64,000 nucleotides of DNA, from positions 310,001 to 374,000 of the forward strand of contig LVLI01000005.1 of NCBI GenBank assembly GCA_001687465.1. Direction: 5' to 3'. The notes beneath the pieces were generated by a model that worked only from the letters and a program-made list of their open reading frames with translations, ran no database searches and had not been told where the DNA came from. Below, piece after piece: positions 53,901 to 64,000 of the stretch (position 1 is its first letter; each line of letters begins with the position of its first letter). The translations under genes were made by a program, and so were the position numbers. Source of the stretch: Halocafeteria seosinensis (Eukaryota).

Positions 53901-56900
53901 TGGATTTGATTCCTATATTCCCATAGCCGAGTTTACCGAAGATAAGAACGCTTGCGACGTACCTTCATCTGACTTTGTTTCGGAGTCGCGAAAGAATTTC
54001 CAGGCTTTGCCCCATCCCGATGACATAAAAGTTGTAGGCCCAAGTCAAGTGTTTCAGAGTCCGGTGGGAGATACATGTTCCCGCTCTATCGAATGTAAAT
54101 ACGAGGAAGATATAACAACTGTCGAGACCCAGCCTCGTTGGTTCGAGGTTGATACAGGGGAAACATTATTCGAGATAATTAGAAGACCTATCACCTTGGA
54201 TGAATTCTTCGCCAACGGGAAAACTATCGACAAAGTTGAAGACGAGATTGGGATCGATGCTTTCATTCCCGTGGCCGTGGATAAGTCTGCAGCTCGAAGC
54301 GAGTTGCGGGCACACTGTGGCAGACAATGCTTTCCGAGAGATGTCACACTAGTGCTGGAATACTATCAGATAAGTCTTTTTGAAAAGCGTCTAATTCGAA
54401 GTGACGCTATTTTTGAGACATTCGATCGGGATACTGAAAACAAGGACTATAGGTTTAGTGTGGTCATGTATCCTCTCAATTGGCTGCAGCTAGTGATCAA
54501 CTTTGCCTTTGACCGACCCACGTTTCTGTCTATATTTGTGGTGGTTGGCGCGATGACATTGGGCTCTATTATGATATACTGGGCAATACATCGACTGCTG
54601 ACGCGGCAGGCTGCACCACCTAAATTCCGCTTCTTAAGTTTCTGGAGTATTGTCGTTCCCGCTCCCACAGTGGGATTTATGTTTTCCATTATACCAATGG
54701 CCTTGGTTATAGCGTTTTTCTATGGAATTATTAACGGGAGTAGCCAGGTAACAGGTGTAAACGAGGAGGACGTTGGCTTTACCGGTTTCGAAAATATTGT
54801 TGGGCATTGGATGGATACAAGTGTGGATATTAGAGAAGTAGACAGCATTCGCAGTGGCCGAGTCGGGTTTTGTTTCCTTGTACTGGCAATGTATTTGCTG
54901 GTGATTGGGTCGCGCCTTTTGGTACCCAGAATCGTCTCGAAGACGGAGAAGCGTAATCTACAGAAACCGGCTACTGATGGAAGGGTATCGATATGGCATC
55001 CGACGGGTTGGAAACGGAGCAATGTTGTGCTTGTCAGTGTACTCATAGCCATGTTCCTCCTCTTTGTTGTGGAGTTTTCTTTCTGGCGGAACTATGGGGA
55101 CAATGTCTGGTACTTCTTGGTCGTCCTGAAAGTGATTGCCAGAATACTGAGCTCCATACTGGAAGCACACTTGAGAGAGTATCTATTGATTTTGCCCCTA
55201 ATGGCTTCAATCAACATAATTACTGCCTTAGTTACACTGGGTGCAAGTGATTTCGCAGATTTTGTGTTCGCGTACGCCGTAGAGTATGCACTAATGGTAG
55301 CAGAGCGCGTGTACGTTGGCCCAGCGGCAGACGCTATGGTACAATGGACTGTTAGAAGCTGCCGAAATGTAAAAAACATGGCTATGAACTTCATCAAGCG
55401 ACACAGTCGGTTAACACTAAAGCAGGAAGTGGAACTCGAGCTACAGCAAGCAAAAGAATTACAGCAGTTGCTCCTGAAACCGAAGGCCATCGAGGGTGAA
55501 GAAACGGTGGAACCGATTCTAAGCGCGTTCGGTGATTATACTGCTGACCTAGTAGCACTCTTTTTCCATCCGTTTACAGTGATACTGTTAATGGTCTTTC
55601 GGAATGACGTAAAGATACCTGATCTCTACGGTATCAAAGCTCAAGATATCGAATTTTACTTATGGTTCTTTGTTGTGGTCTTTGGTTTTCAGCTAGCGGC
55701 GGATATGTTCCTTCATAATGTGTTGGAACTGGTTTATGGATGGAAAATCCATGACTACCTCGTGTACGTCCGATATCGCTTTCTCCAGCGTGAGACTCGA
55801 TGGAAAGGAATGGAGGAGAAACTGGACGAATGTATTGACGAGAGCATGCGATCTTTGGATCAGATGTGTTTTTCTTCGCAGTTTTACTTAATGGTGTTCG
55901 TGCACACAAGCGGCATCGTATTTGTCGTGTTTGCTGTGGAGATCATGATCCGGGCTGAATACAACATGTTTGGAGATCCGGCAGTTTTCATTTTAGCCCC
56001 TTTGCTGCTAATCTTTATATACATCCTGAAGACAATCATTGTCTTTCTGGCTAATATTTGTGGACTTTGGAAGATTCGAGACAAAGACAGCAGCCCATGG
56101 GCTACAGACATAGACCAGTCAGAAGGATGGGACGTTCCTGATCTTGACGAGATGCTCGAAAAATCTTCGGCCGGGAAACCGAAGTACAACACGTGGATCA
56201 TGAACCAACGCTTGGCCACCGAGACGTTCAGATTCAAGTTTCTTGACTATAACAGAGCATGGCTGATATCGGTACTTCCAAAGATACTTACTCCCCGTAC
56301 GCTCGCCCGGTCTCGACCATATCTCCTGGCTCAGTTTGCCCAAATGTTGGCAGATTATGATGAAGCCGAAGAGAGTTCAGAGGGTGAAACTGCTAGCGGG
56401 AGAAAGAGATTCAAACAGGTAACTCTCCCAGAAAGTGGAAAGGACATACTAAGAATGTGGCTTGAAGATGCTAGAAAGAGTCTGCAAATGAGAGATTCCG
56501 TCCTTGCAACCATTAACGCTGCGAAAACGTCCCTACAGTCCAAGCAGAAGGAAAAGGTAGATGTAGAGATGATGATGACAATAGACGAGCTAGGGGCTAG
56601 ATGGCGACAACAGCATCCTCAGGAGTACAAAAATTTCGATCTGAGGGCTTGGAAGAAGTTTTTCAATAAAAATCAAAAGTATCGAGTTGTTCGCCTAGGG
56701 TCTTCTGGTCCCCGCGTGATTGGTTCTCCGTTGTTTTTGCAACCCGAACATAGAAGGCCGAAACATACTGGTCGTGCTCCCTCATCGAGCCCAACGGCAC
56801 CCCAACAGCGACTTAGTGCCGCTACCAAGGCGATCGCACAGCTATGGTACACTCGCGCTCAGAGTTCGCTTAGCCCTGTCTCCAAACGAACCATTTCTCC

Positions 56901-56955
56901 GTCCACAGCCGCTATTGCTCGCAAATGGCTACAAATGGTTCGGCGGCGACGATAG
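32981..56955 (+). CDS. Giant secretory-pathway multipass membrane protein: cadherin-like + many IPT/TIG + Cys-rich (GCC2/GCC3-type) repeats + ~10-11 TM helices
   Basis: The 7,664-aa ORF 33961-56955 splices in frame (intron 33873-33949) to an upstream exon open from 33296. A probable first exon at 32981 has a hydrophobic signal-like stretch; splicing across 33105-33295 is unresolved. One N at 36599. Confidence 0.88.
36420..50605 (+). repeat. Protein-level tandem array of IPT/TIG (Ig-like) domains
   Basis: Recurring P-x-I-x-x-I-x-P-x-x-G-x-x-x-GGT-x-V-x-V-x-G-x-x-F...C-x-F-G...C-x-x-P units, e.g. ITGCSPCVGSQLGGTKITVTGQNF (~44500), FEPSSGPVIGGTSVNVFGKHF (~45085), ISPSTGSVSGGTVVTLRGNGF (~50080). 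Confidence 0.85.
50608..52535 (+). repeat. Protein-level Cys-rich repeats (GCC2/GCC3, ephrin-receptor/TNFR-like CPxG[YF]xC)
   Basis: CPVGSYC, CPIGYFCP, CPTGHYCP, CPAGFVC, CPPGHYCP, CPPGTFS, CPAGYFC and more in tandem. Confidence 0.88.
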
Positions 56956-57248
56956 GTTGCTGTGCTTTACCCCACTTGATTTGAGAAGTGGAATACACAT
57001 TGCTTTTATTGCATTCAGTTCGCTATCTTACCCAATGTAGCATCAGCCGTTGTCTGCTGTGGTCCACCGAGTCCAATCCACAACACACTAAAACTTCAAT
57101 GTAGAGCGAATGCATGAGGTAGTACTGGGTAGTTGAGAGGGATTGTACTAGAATGTCCTCTTCTTAGCGTGGTAACAATGGACTCGTTCGGATTTGAAAG
57201 CTGCCATGCTTAGCTAGAATACGTGTTTCCTTGTTTGAGAGGACTGCA

Positions 57249-58718
57249 ATGAGCTCAGTACAGCTTCCTGATGGGAACGGAACAAACACCGCTGAACTTG
57301 GTCAGACTGTTCATTCAAACTATGGCCCGTACAAAGAACAAGCGAGTGAAGCAGAAGTCTTCGCTGACACGCAATTAGAGGCGTTCCGACGACGGTGCTT
57401 TGCTCAACGACGCAAAAACCATCCTTCCTGGGTGGACGGCAGACAGCCTTATGAGGCTTTTGCCGTTCCTCGGAGTACACTGAGCTATGCGCATTATGTT
57501 GCATCCTACTATCGGAAGCTAGATATAGTACGCAATGCTTTGCAGCAACATTTAAGGGCTGAGAGAGAACATACCTTGGCCAAAATTGGACGTGGAGGTC
57601 GGCCACCCAAGTGGGTACGTAAGGAAATTCAAGTAGCGCCTGTCTATACCAACACATTTTCCATCGTTGCAGGCATCTAGTAAAAACCTATTGAATATGC
57701 GACTTCCCTCCCTCCCCGACGATACGCTTATAGGAACTCTTGCCAGCTTTCACTCACCCACAGTTAAGCTGCCAACGCAAAGAGTGGATTCCTCAGGCGA
57801 ATCCTTGGAGGACAGCAGAAACCAAAGCCGTAAGGTTGCAGGAGTGGATTCGAGTGCTTCGGTGAGTCTTCGTGGGAGAAAGAGATCGCGACCTAGCCAA
57901 GCAACCGTAGGGCCTGGAGGGACGACTTCTTGGGAGGAATGGCTCAATCGCTTACAGCGGCAAGAGCTCGGAAGATATGCGCCTCCCCCTCAGCCTGTGA
58001 AGAAGAGGCCTGCCAGATCCAGGAATCGAGGACATCACCATAACGCACTGTCTCAACAGCTACAAGAATCTCGAACTTATCCAGAAAATAGCAGCAAAAG
58101 TACAGCTGCTCCGACTCAACTTGTACGAGACCATGGCATAGAAGCCCCTACAAGGAGGACAACCGGGGAAAGCCAACAAGAAGAAGACACAGAAACTGTT
58201 CTCGTAAACCAATCTAACTACAGCTGTCCTATAGTGTACACAAATGAAGCCACCGATACTCACAGAGTAGAGGAGTCGATATCAGGGGTCTGTTCGTTGT
58301 GTCAAAATGAGAAATGCGAGGGAAATATCACTGGAACTGTCCTCCAGTTTACCACCTCCAGGAAAACGCATCAAGTTCACAAGACGTGTATTGAGTACTC
58401 GCCTGAGGTATACGTTAATGTTAAAGGGGAATATATCAACGCAATCAAGGCTATTCATCGTGGTAGGTTCATAAAGTGCGCGGTGTGCAATAAACGAGGA
58501 GCAACAATAGGTACGGGGATAGCTATTATGCCTATTATGACCGCTTTTATTACTTGAATCACTAGGTGATATTGTTTACTCCAGGTTGCCGAGTAGAAAA
58601 ATGTAAACTAAGCTATCATTTTGATTGCGCGAGGTCGACCGGATGGGAGTTTACTGGCGATGCGGAAAGCCCTGAAGACGATCCTCGCGCAATGTTCTGT
58701 GAATCCCATCGGACCTGA
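57249..58718 (+). CDS. Extended PHD (zf-HC5HC2H / ePHD) zinc-finger protein, 3 exons
   Basis: CSLC...VHKTCIEYSPEV...AIHRGRFIKCAVCNKRGATIG|CRVEKCKLSYHFDCA...FCESH, then TGA at 58716-58718. Low-complexity N-terminus with a basic NLS-like RGRKRSR. Confidence 0.82.
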
Positions 58719-59549
58719 TAAGTCAGTGATGATATCAAAAGGAGGATTAAATTCATTATTTTTGTCTTCAAAATGCAAAATAGACCATCATGTTCCCTTG
58801 AGCCTGGGATTCACTCTTGTTCCCTTCCTAGTCGACGTTTCATAAGCATCCAAGGAGCAACAGAAAGGAGAATGAAAACATGCTAGATTCACTACCCTCG
58901 CGTATAATCAGTTGATGTAATTTCCTAACTCCTGCTAACTGGCCCAATCCCCTCCTATTGGCCTTGGGGGACCAACTATCTCTTCCTTGGTCTGTGTGTC
59001 CAATACAAGTTCTAACTTTCAACTTTCAACTGAAGCGGTTTTTCCCACCTCCTACGACGCCCTAACGACTCGGTGCTAGCGATCAAGATTTTGAGTTCCC
59101 AGTCGTGGTCTGTTGTCCATCTTGAAAGTGAGGTCGTACCGTGCGACCGCCGAAGTCGCTCAAGAGCGGCTCAACGCCGCTGAGTCAGGGAAGCGCCCAA
59201 CCAAATTTCAGGGAAAGCTTGTGTTTTGCCAGCCTCGTTCAGAGAAGGAAGTTATTCAAGTGTTTGCTGTATTCTTTCGTATAAGACGCACACTGTAAGA
59301 AATCCAGGGTCTGCTTTCTGTGTGCATCGCAGCAAGGACCGTTTACATCCGTACTAAACGGTTAACGCAACCACTTTCTCTTAGCACCCCCTATAAAACC
59401 TTTTTTGTAATTTCCTTGCGACCGAATTGTCGTATCATAAACTCGATAGACTGAAGGTCGTTTCGTGTTCAGCTCTTCAAACAGATAGTGGTTGCATAAA
59501 TTGTGCCCTGCATGGAATCTGAGTGAACCTTGCTTTCGTTGTGCGAAAA

Positions 59550-62500
59550 ATGAGTTTCAACCACCAAACGGAAGAAGCTGAGGAATCGCAGTGGGATTTG
59601 CACGGTTCTACAAGCATTCCCGGCTATGATCATGCCAAACAATTAGTGCCCTCGGGGAAGCGACAGTCTTCTCAGCGGAATGGAAGGGCGTCACGCGCGA
59701 GCAGCTCGCGCATATTGCAAGGATCTTACTCGCCTGAGAGACCTCCGATTTCGCAGTCCAAGGTGTGCAAACAAAGCTCCCGCGCCGTTTCTTCTCTGGA
59801 ATCCAAACACGGAGGGGCATTTGGTTCGGGAAGTCTTAGTCCTTCCGGTGATGTTTTCGATGGAGAACCTCGCGAAGGAGAGGAACCAAATGGGGACGCT
59901 GATGATAAAATAGGGGAAGAGGGATTGCTTTCTACAGCCGCAAGCGGGCTGCATAAGTCTCCACACGGTACTTGGAAGGGACCTGGATTTGGATTGCTGG
60001 GTCCCAGGGCTAAAACCAAAATCAATATGACTTCTACGAATCGGAATCTGCCGCAGAGTTTTTCCAACATAAAGAGAAGGAGGGAAAGAGAAGAAGAAGC
60101 CCTAGCGCAGACGTTGGCCGTCGGAGGCCCTGATGCTGTAAAGAGTTCACGGGTGAGAGACTATAGGGTGGAAGAGGGAGCTTTGGAAAAAATTCCAGGC
60201 AAGGGAAAACGAAAACCTCAACAGCAGACACATTCTCCCTCGAAACCGCTGCTTGAGAGTGATGGCGGTGACAGTGAAGCAATAGAGTTTCAACCGGGGC
60301 TCGTGGAGAGGATTGGTTCGAACTTATCGCCGGGAGCTAGCGTACTGTCGCCGCGAGTATATGCTGCAGCGATCGAGGGAACAAAATTGGGACAAGGATC
60401 GAAGTCATCTGGGTCATCTCTCAACCACCGTGGCGTGCTGCAAGAGGTGAAGAGGTTGCTTAATTGTCGCCCTATGGTAGTACACGTGCCTACATTTTAT
60501 AGGCCAAGAGATGGAAGTGCTTCTACTTCGGGCAAAAACATTATGCGGTGTATTGGTGAAACCATGTACTTCTGCATGAATCCCACGACCCAGTCTACTG
60601 ACTTTTCGTTCTACTCCAGGCGCACAGACATTCTAGGCGACATACTCGATGCAGCATTTTCTCGAAAGGACTCTAGTGAACCATTGGCTCCTTACCAAGG
60701 CCTTCACGAGGACAATGCCAACATTCTCGTAAGTTCGCAAGTTCCAGAGCGCTCGATGACTGATTATATCGCGGAGTCCGTTTCTCGAGAGGATCTTTGC
60801 ATAAGCAATAGGAAAGCTTCGTCGAGGGAGATTCGGTGGACGGGTGTGGGTCAACTGTATGAATTGTTGTACGAAAGTGGTAAAAATCAGGCCACTTCCG
60901 AGGATTTGCCCAATCTCAGTGTAGATGCCTCCAAAATCCCGTTACATTGGTAAGTTGAATGGTTCCTTAGTCCTTGAAACGACCCCGATCGTTACATCTT
61001 GCTTGCAGGTTCGACGACGAAATGTTTGAGGTAGCAGATATAGGTCATTGTTTAAGCTCATGTGACGCCGGGACACTGCGGCTGGATCAGGAGTACTTTG
61101 ATCGCTTCTTCGCGCAGGTAGAATATAAAGAACTGGTTGCAGCAGCTGATTATGAACCTGCCTCAGTGTTACTGAGAGGTCCCGTCGCGTATGCTGCTGT
61201 GTTTATCAATGGCAATTGGTACTGGCATCGTGCAGTAGTGGTTGCTATGAGTGGCTCTTGGCCTGATGGGGAGATTCGCTACCTTGTAGGTTATGATAAC
61301 TCGGTCGAGCGTCCGTCGTTTTCAGATGCGGAATTAACACAGGTCTCGTTAGATTATCTGTGGGAGTGTGCCGTCCAGGGCTATGCTACCCTGCAGTCTA
61401 AGTTTTCCGAGACCTGCTATGACTGTGTGAAAGATTGGTCATCCGTGCGAGTAAAAGAATCGACTTTACAATGGGTACGGCGTCTTAACGTGGTGCTTTC
61501 TAACGAACCGGCGATTCCTTTCTTTACTAGGCGGTTCGTTGCTATGAAACAACGGGAGCTGGCTAAGTCTGCTTTAAGATATGATAAGTATCTTGAAAGT
61601 CTCGAGGATGAGGTACAACAGATCGACTCAAATTGGGAAAAGAACATCTTCACGCGCGCCGTAAAAGGGCTTCACAGGAACTTAATTTCGCAGTCGGAAG
61701 GATCCCTGAAAGGTACCCTGGGGGAAGTGAGGGCTGTCTATTCGAAGGCTATGAGGCATGCCCAACATGAATACATGCTACACGAGTCCGGCTATTTTCA
61801 GAGGCATGTAGATATGAAGCTACCTCCTCCGAGGATTCCTATAGGAAACGCATGGTACGGCATGGTCTCTCACTCAGCATCTCCAGCGGCGTTTTCGAAC
61901 TCAGCCGAAGCGCTGTATTCTATACTTGTTAGGAACTCTGAACCTATACTAGGTCCTACACTACGGCTACAACACAACTTCTACGACAATTTTTCTCATA
62001 AACAATTCATTGATTGTCGGCTCCCGTTGAAATTTCGAACGGACAGCCCGACTGAGAAGGAACTAGCGGAAGATAAGGACCGTGTGCGGAAACGAATGAG
62101 GAAGAAAATTCTAAAAAGTGCCGAGAAAAGCTCAGCTAGGGAAGAACGCCGCCGTTCGAGTACGGATGATCAAGGCGCTGCACAGCGAGTGGGAGAAATG
62201 CTGATGTCTATGGATTCCCAGTCTGATATTCCCCTTCCCGAATCGGTTAACGCCTGGCTAGAACGCCAATACGAAGCAATGGACTACCTACGTGAGGAAC
62301 TTCGTGATGAATGGAGGACTAAATTTGTCTCCGACACATATGAGACACTGCATAATAAGTACAACATGTACATGCGCGATGTGGAACTCTATGAACGCCA
62401 CCCGCTGAAACCGATGATTACCCGCACAACTCTTATAATGGATCACCAACTGCGATCCCTTACCGATAGCACAATCCAAAATTTTGTCAGCTTCATATCG

Positions 62501-64000
62501 CGAAGCTGTGAGAATCGAAGAGTACACCAAATTTTGGAAAACTCTCTAGCGGGATTGGATGCAGCTAGTGGAGTTCGTGAAAATGAATTTTTCGGTAATA
62601 TCGTAAGGGGCAGTCTTGAGATTGCCGGAGGAATTAACAGTCGATTCAATGGTCCTGCGCTTGATGATCCCGTAGCTTCTCTTTTGGGGCAATATACCCC
62701 TGGTGATGGCGAAACGAATCCGCAGGCTGCTAACCCTACTCAAGGATTCAGGCTACCTCGACGAGGGGACGACGACAAGGTTTCTGAATATCTTAAAAAC
62801 ATTGATGGCGGAGCGGAAAACGTATACGGGTTTTTACAACCTAGGCGTATGGACTGCGTATCACATCGACCACCTCTGATTTCGGTTGCTTTAGAACTAG
62901 GAAAGACTCAGGAGGTTGCTTGCCAAGCAGACCTAGATCAGGATAATCTCCATCCTGCGATTGAGTGTTTAGCTGAATTCGGTGACAACAGCATGATATA
63001 TCGACCATATAGCAACTTGCGGCTGCATGGTTTAGGTAGAGAAGAAGCAACAGTGAACGACGTGCGTGATAATGAAGAGGTGGTTGAGCAACAGAATAAA
63101 AAGGGGAAAGGTAAGAAAGGGAAGAAGCATCATCGGGGTCACCGGAAACACTCAGTCCAGGTAACGGCAGAGCAAGTATTACCTCCAGCGTGTGAAATTT
63201 TTTCCCGACCTGATGTAAAAGTTGGAGTAAACCCTACCGCTGAGAGCTCAGCGTACTTCGTGAAAGTTTCACCAAGCATCGGCCACGTAGAACAGTGTTT
63301 GTTGCGAACTCTTAACTTCGTTTCCTCTGGAGTGAGCTCTCTGGAGCATCCAGTTACAGCTTTGTTGTCCCTTTTACCAGTGGAGACGAAGCCACTCTTA
63401 CCTCTGCAGTCTGTGGACGAATCACCGATGTCACAGAAAATTGCAACACTATATTCTGAGAAGCTCTCGGAGAACAACGCTCGCATCCAGGAAATCGAGG
63501 ATGAGTTGCACGGAATCTTCTGTGGGCTCGCGCAGAGGGTAAAAGAGCATCATGACGAAGAGGGATCCGAACCGGAGGAGGAAGAAGAAGAGGTAGAAGA
63601 AGAAAAATCCACATCCCAAAGTCCTCGCTCTTCTAGAGAACAAAAGGCAAAAGAATCTGTTGAATTTAGTGACAACGAAAAGGATCGCATTAACAAGTTA
63701 TGTGAGGAGCTAAATTCCTACACACCCGCTGCGGTGGAGGAAAGGTGCATCAAGCAAGTTGTCGAATCAGAACTGTCAAACGTATATGATCGGGTAGAAA
63801 ACTCTGAACCTCATTCCTCAACCACTCAAATGCGTTTTGAAGCTGCAGCCGCATTCTTCCGCGGTACAATAGCACTAGAGATGCTCCGACCAAACTTGCT
63901 GGCCAGTGCATATAGCCGTTATGCTTGGCTGATGACGGTTTCCGGTAACGATATTACAAAAGGTGCAACTATTCGCAAAGACTATAAGGTCTTCGGGGAC
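59550..64000 (+). CDS. Axonemal inner-arm dynein heavy chain-like gene, N-terminal part (runs off the window)
   Basis: Exon 59550-60949 splices (intron 60950-61008) to a frame that appears open to the window end. IPLHW|FDDEMFE and WVRRLNVVL..E....F..R.......RELAKSALRYDKYLE resemble DNAH1/DNAH6-type N-termini. The motor domain is not in the window. Confidence 0.65.

Noticed and set aside
34082..56543. Dozens of 60-205 aa ORFs overlapping the giant gene
   Set aside because: They are antisense or alternative-frame by-products of a long coding region, with no recognisable motifs.
59055..59070. CCCTAA as a telomerase template or telomeric repeat
   Set aside because: It is a single hexamer, not the ~1.5 repeats a template needs and not an array.

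Overview
Compact, gene-dense eukaryotic nuclear DNA with short GT-AG introns (mostly ~50-80 nt) and very short or overlapping intergenic spaces. An axonemal-dynein-like gene suggests a flagellated protist; a stramenopile-like origin is my inference only. About 16 protein genes are supported: DHHC-type palmitoyltransferase, triple-PH protein, intron-containing RecX homolog with an organelle-type leader, RCC1-like+TBC Rab-GAP, aldo-keto reductase plus a decayed paralog, ZRANB3-like SNF2/HNH helicase, BFR1-like protein, polo-like kinase, organellar ProRS, SUV3, DBP8/DDX49, CIAO1, C8orf82/DUF4505 protein, a giant (~7,900 aa) multipass surface protein with cadherin-like, IPT/TIG and Cys-rich repeats, an ePHD protein, and the 5' part of a dynein heavy chain-like gene. 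I found no CRISPR array, transposase, rRNA or tRNA. The best candidates for something new are the giant receptor-like protein, the spliced eukaryotic RecX, a structured H/ACA-like RNA in an oversized intron, and a DHFC palmitoyltransferase that has lost one entire zinc site. All family calls come from motif recognition by eye, and exon boundaries are manual predictions.
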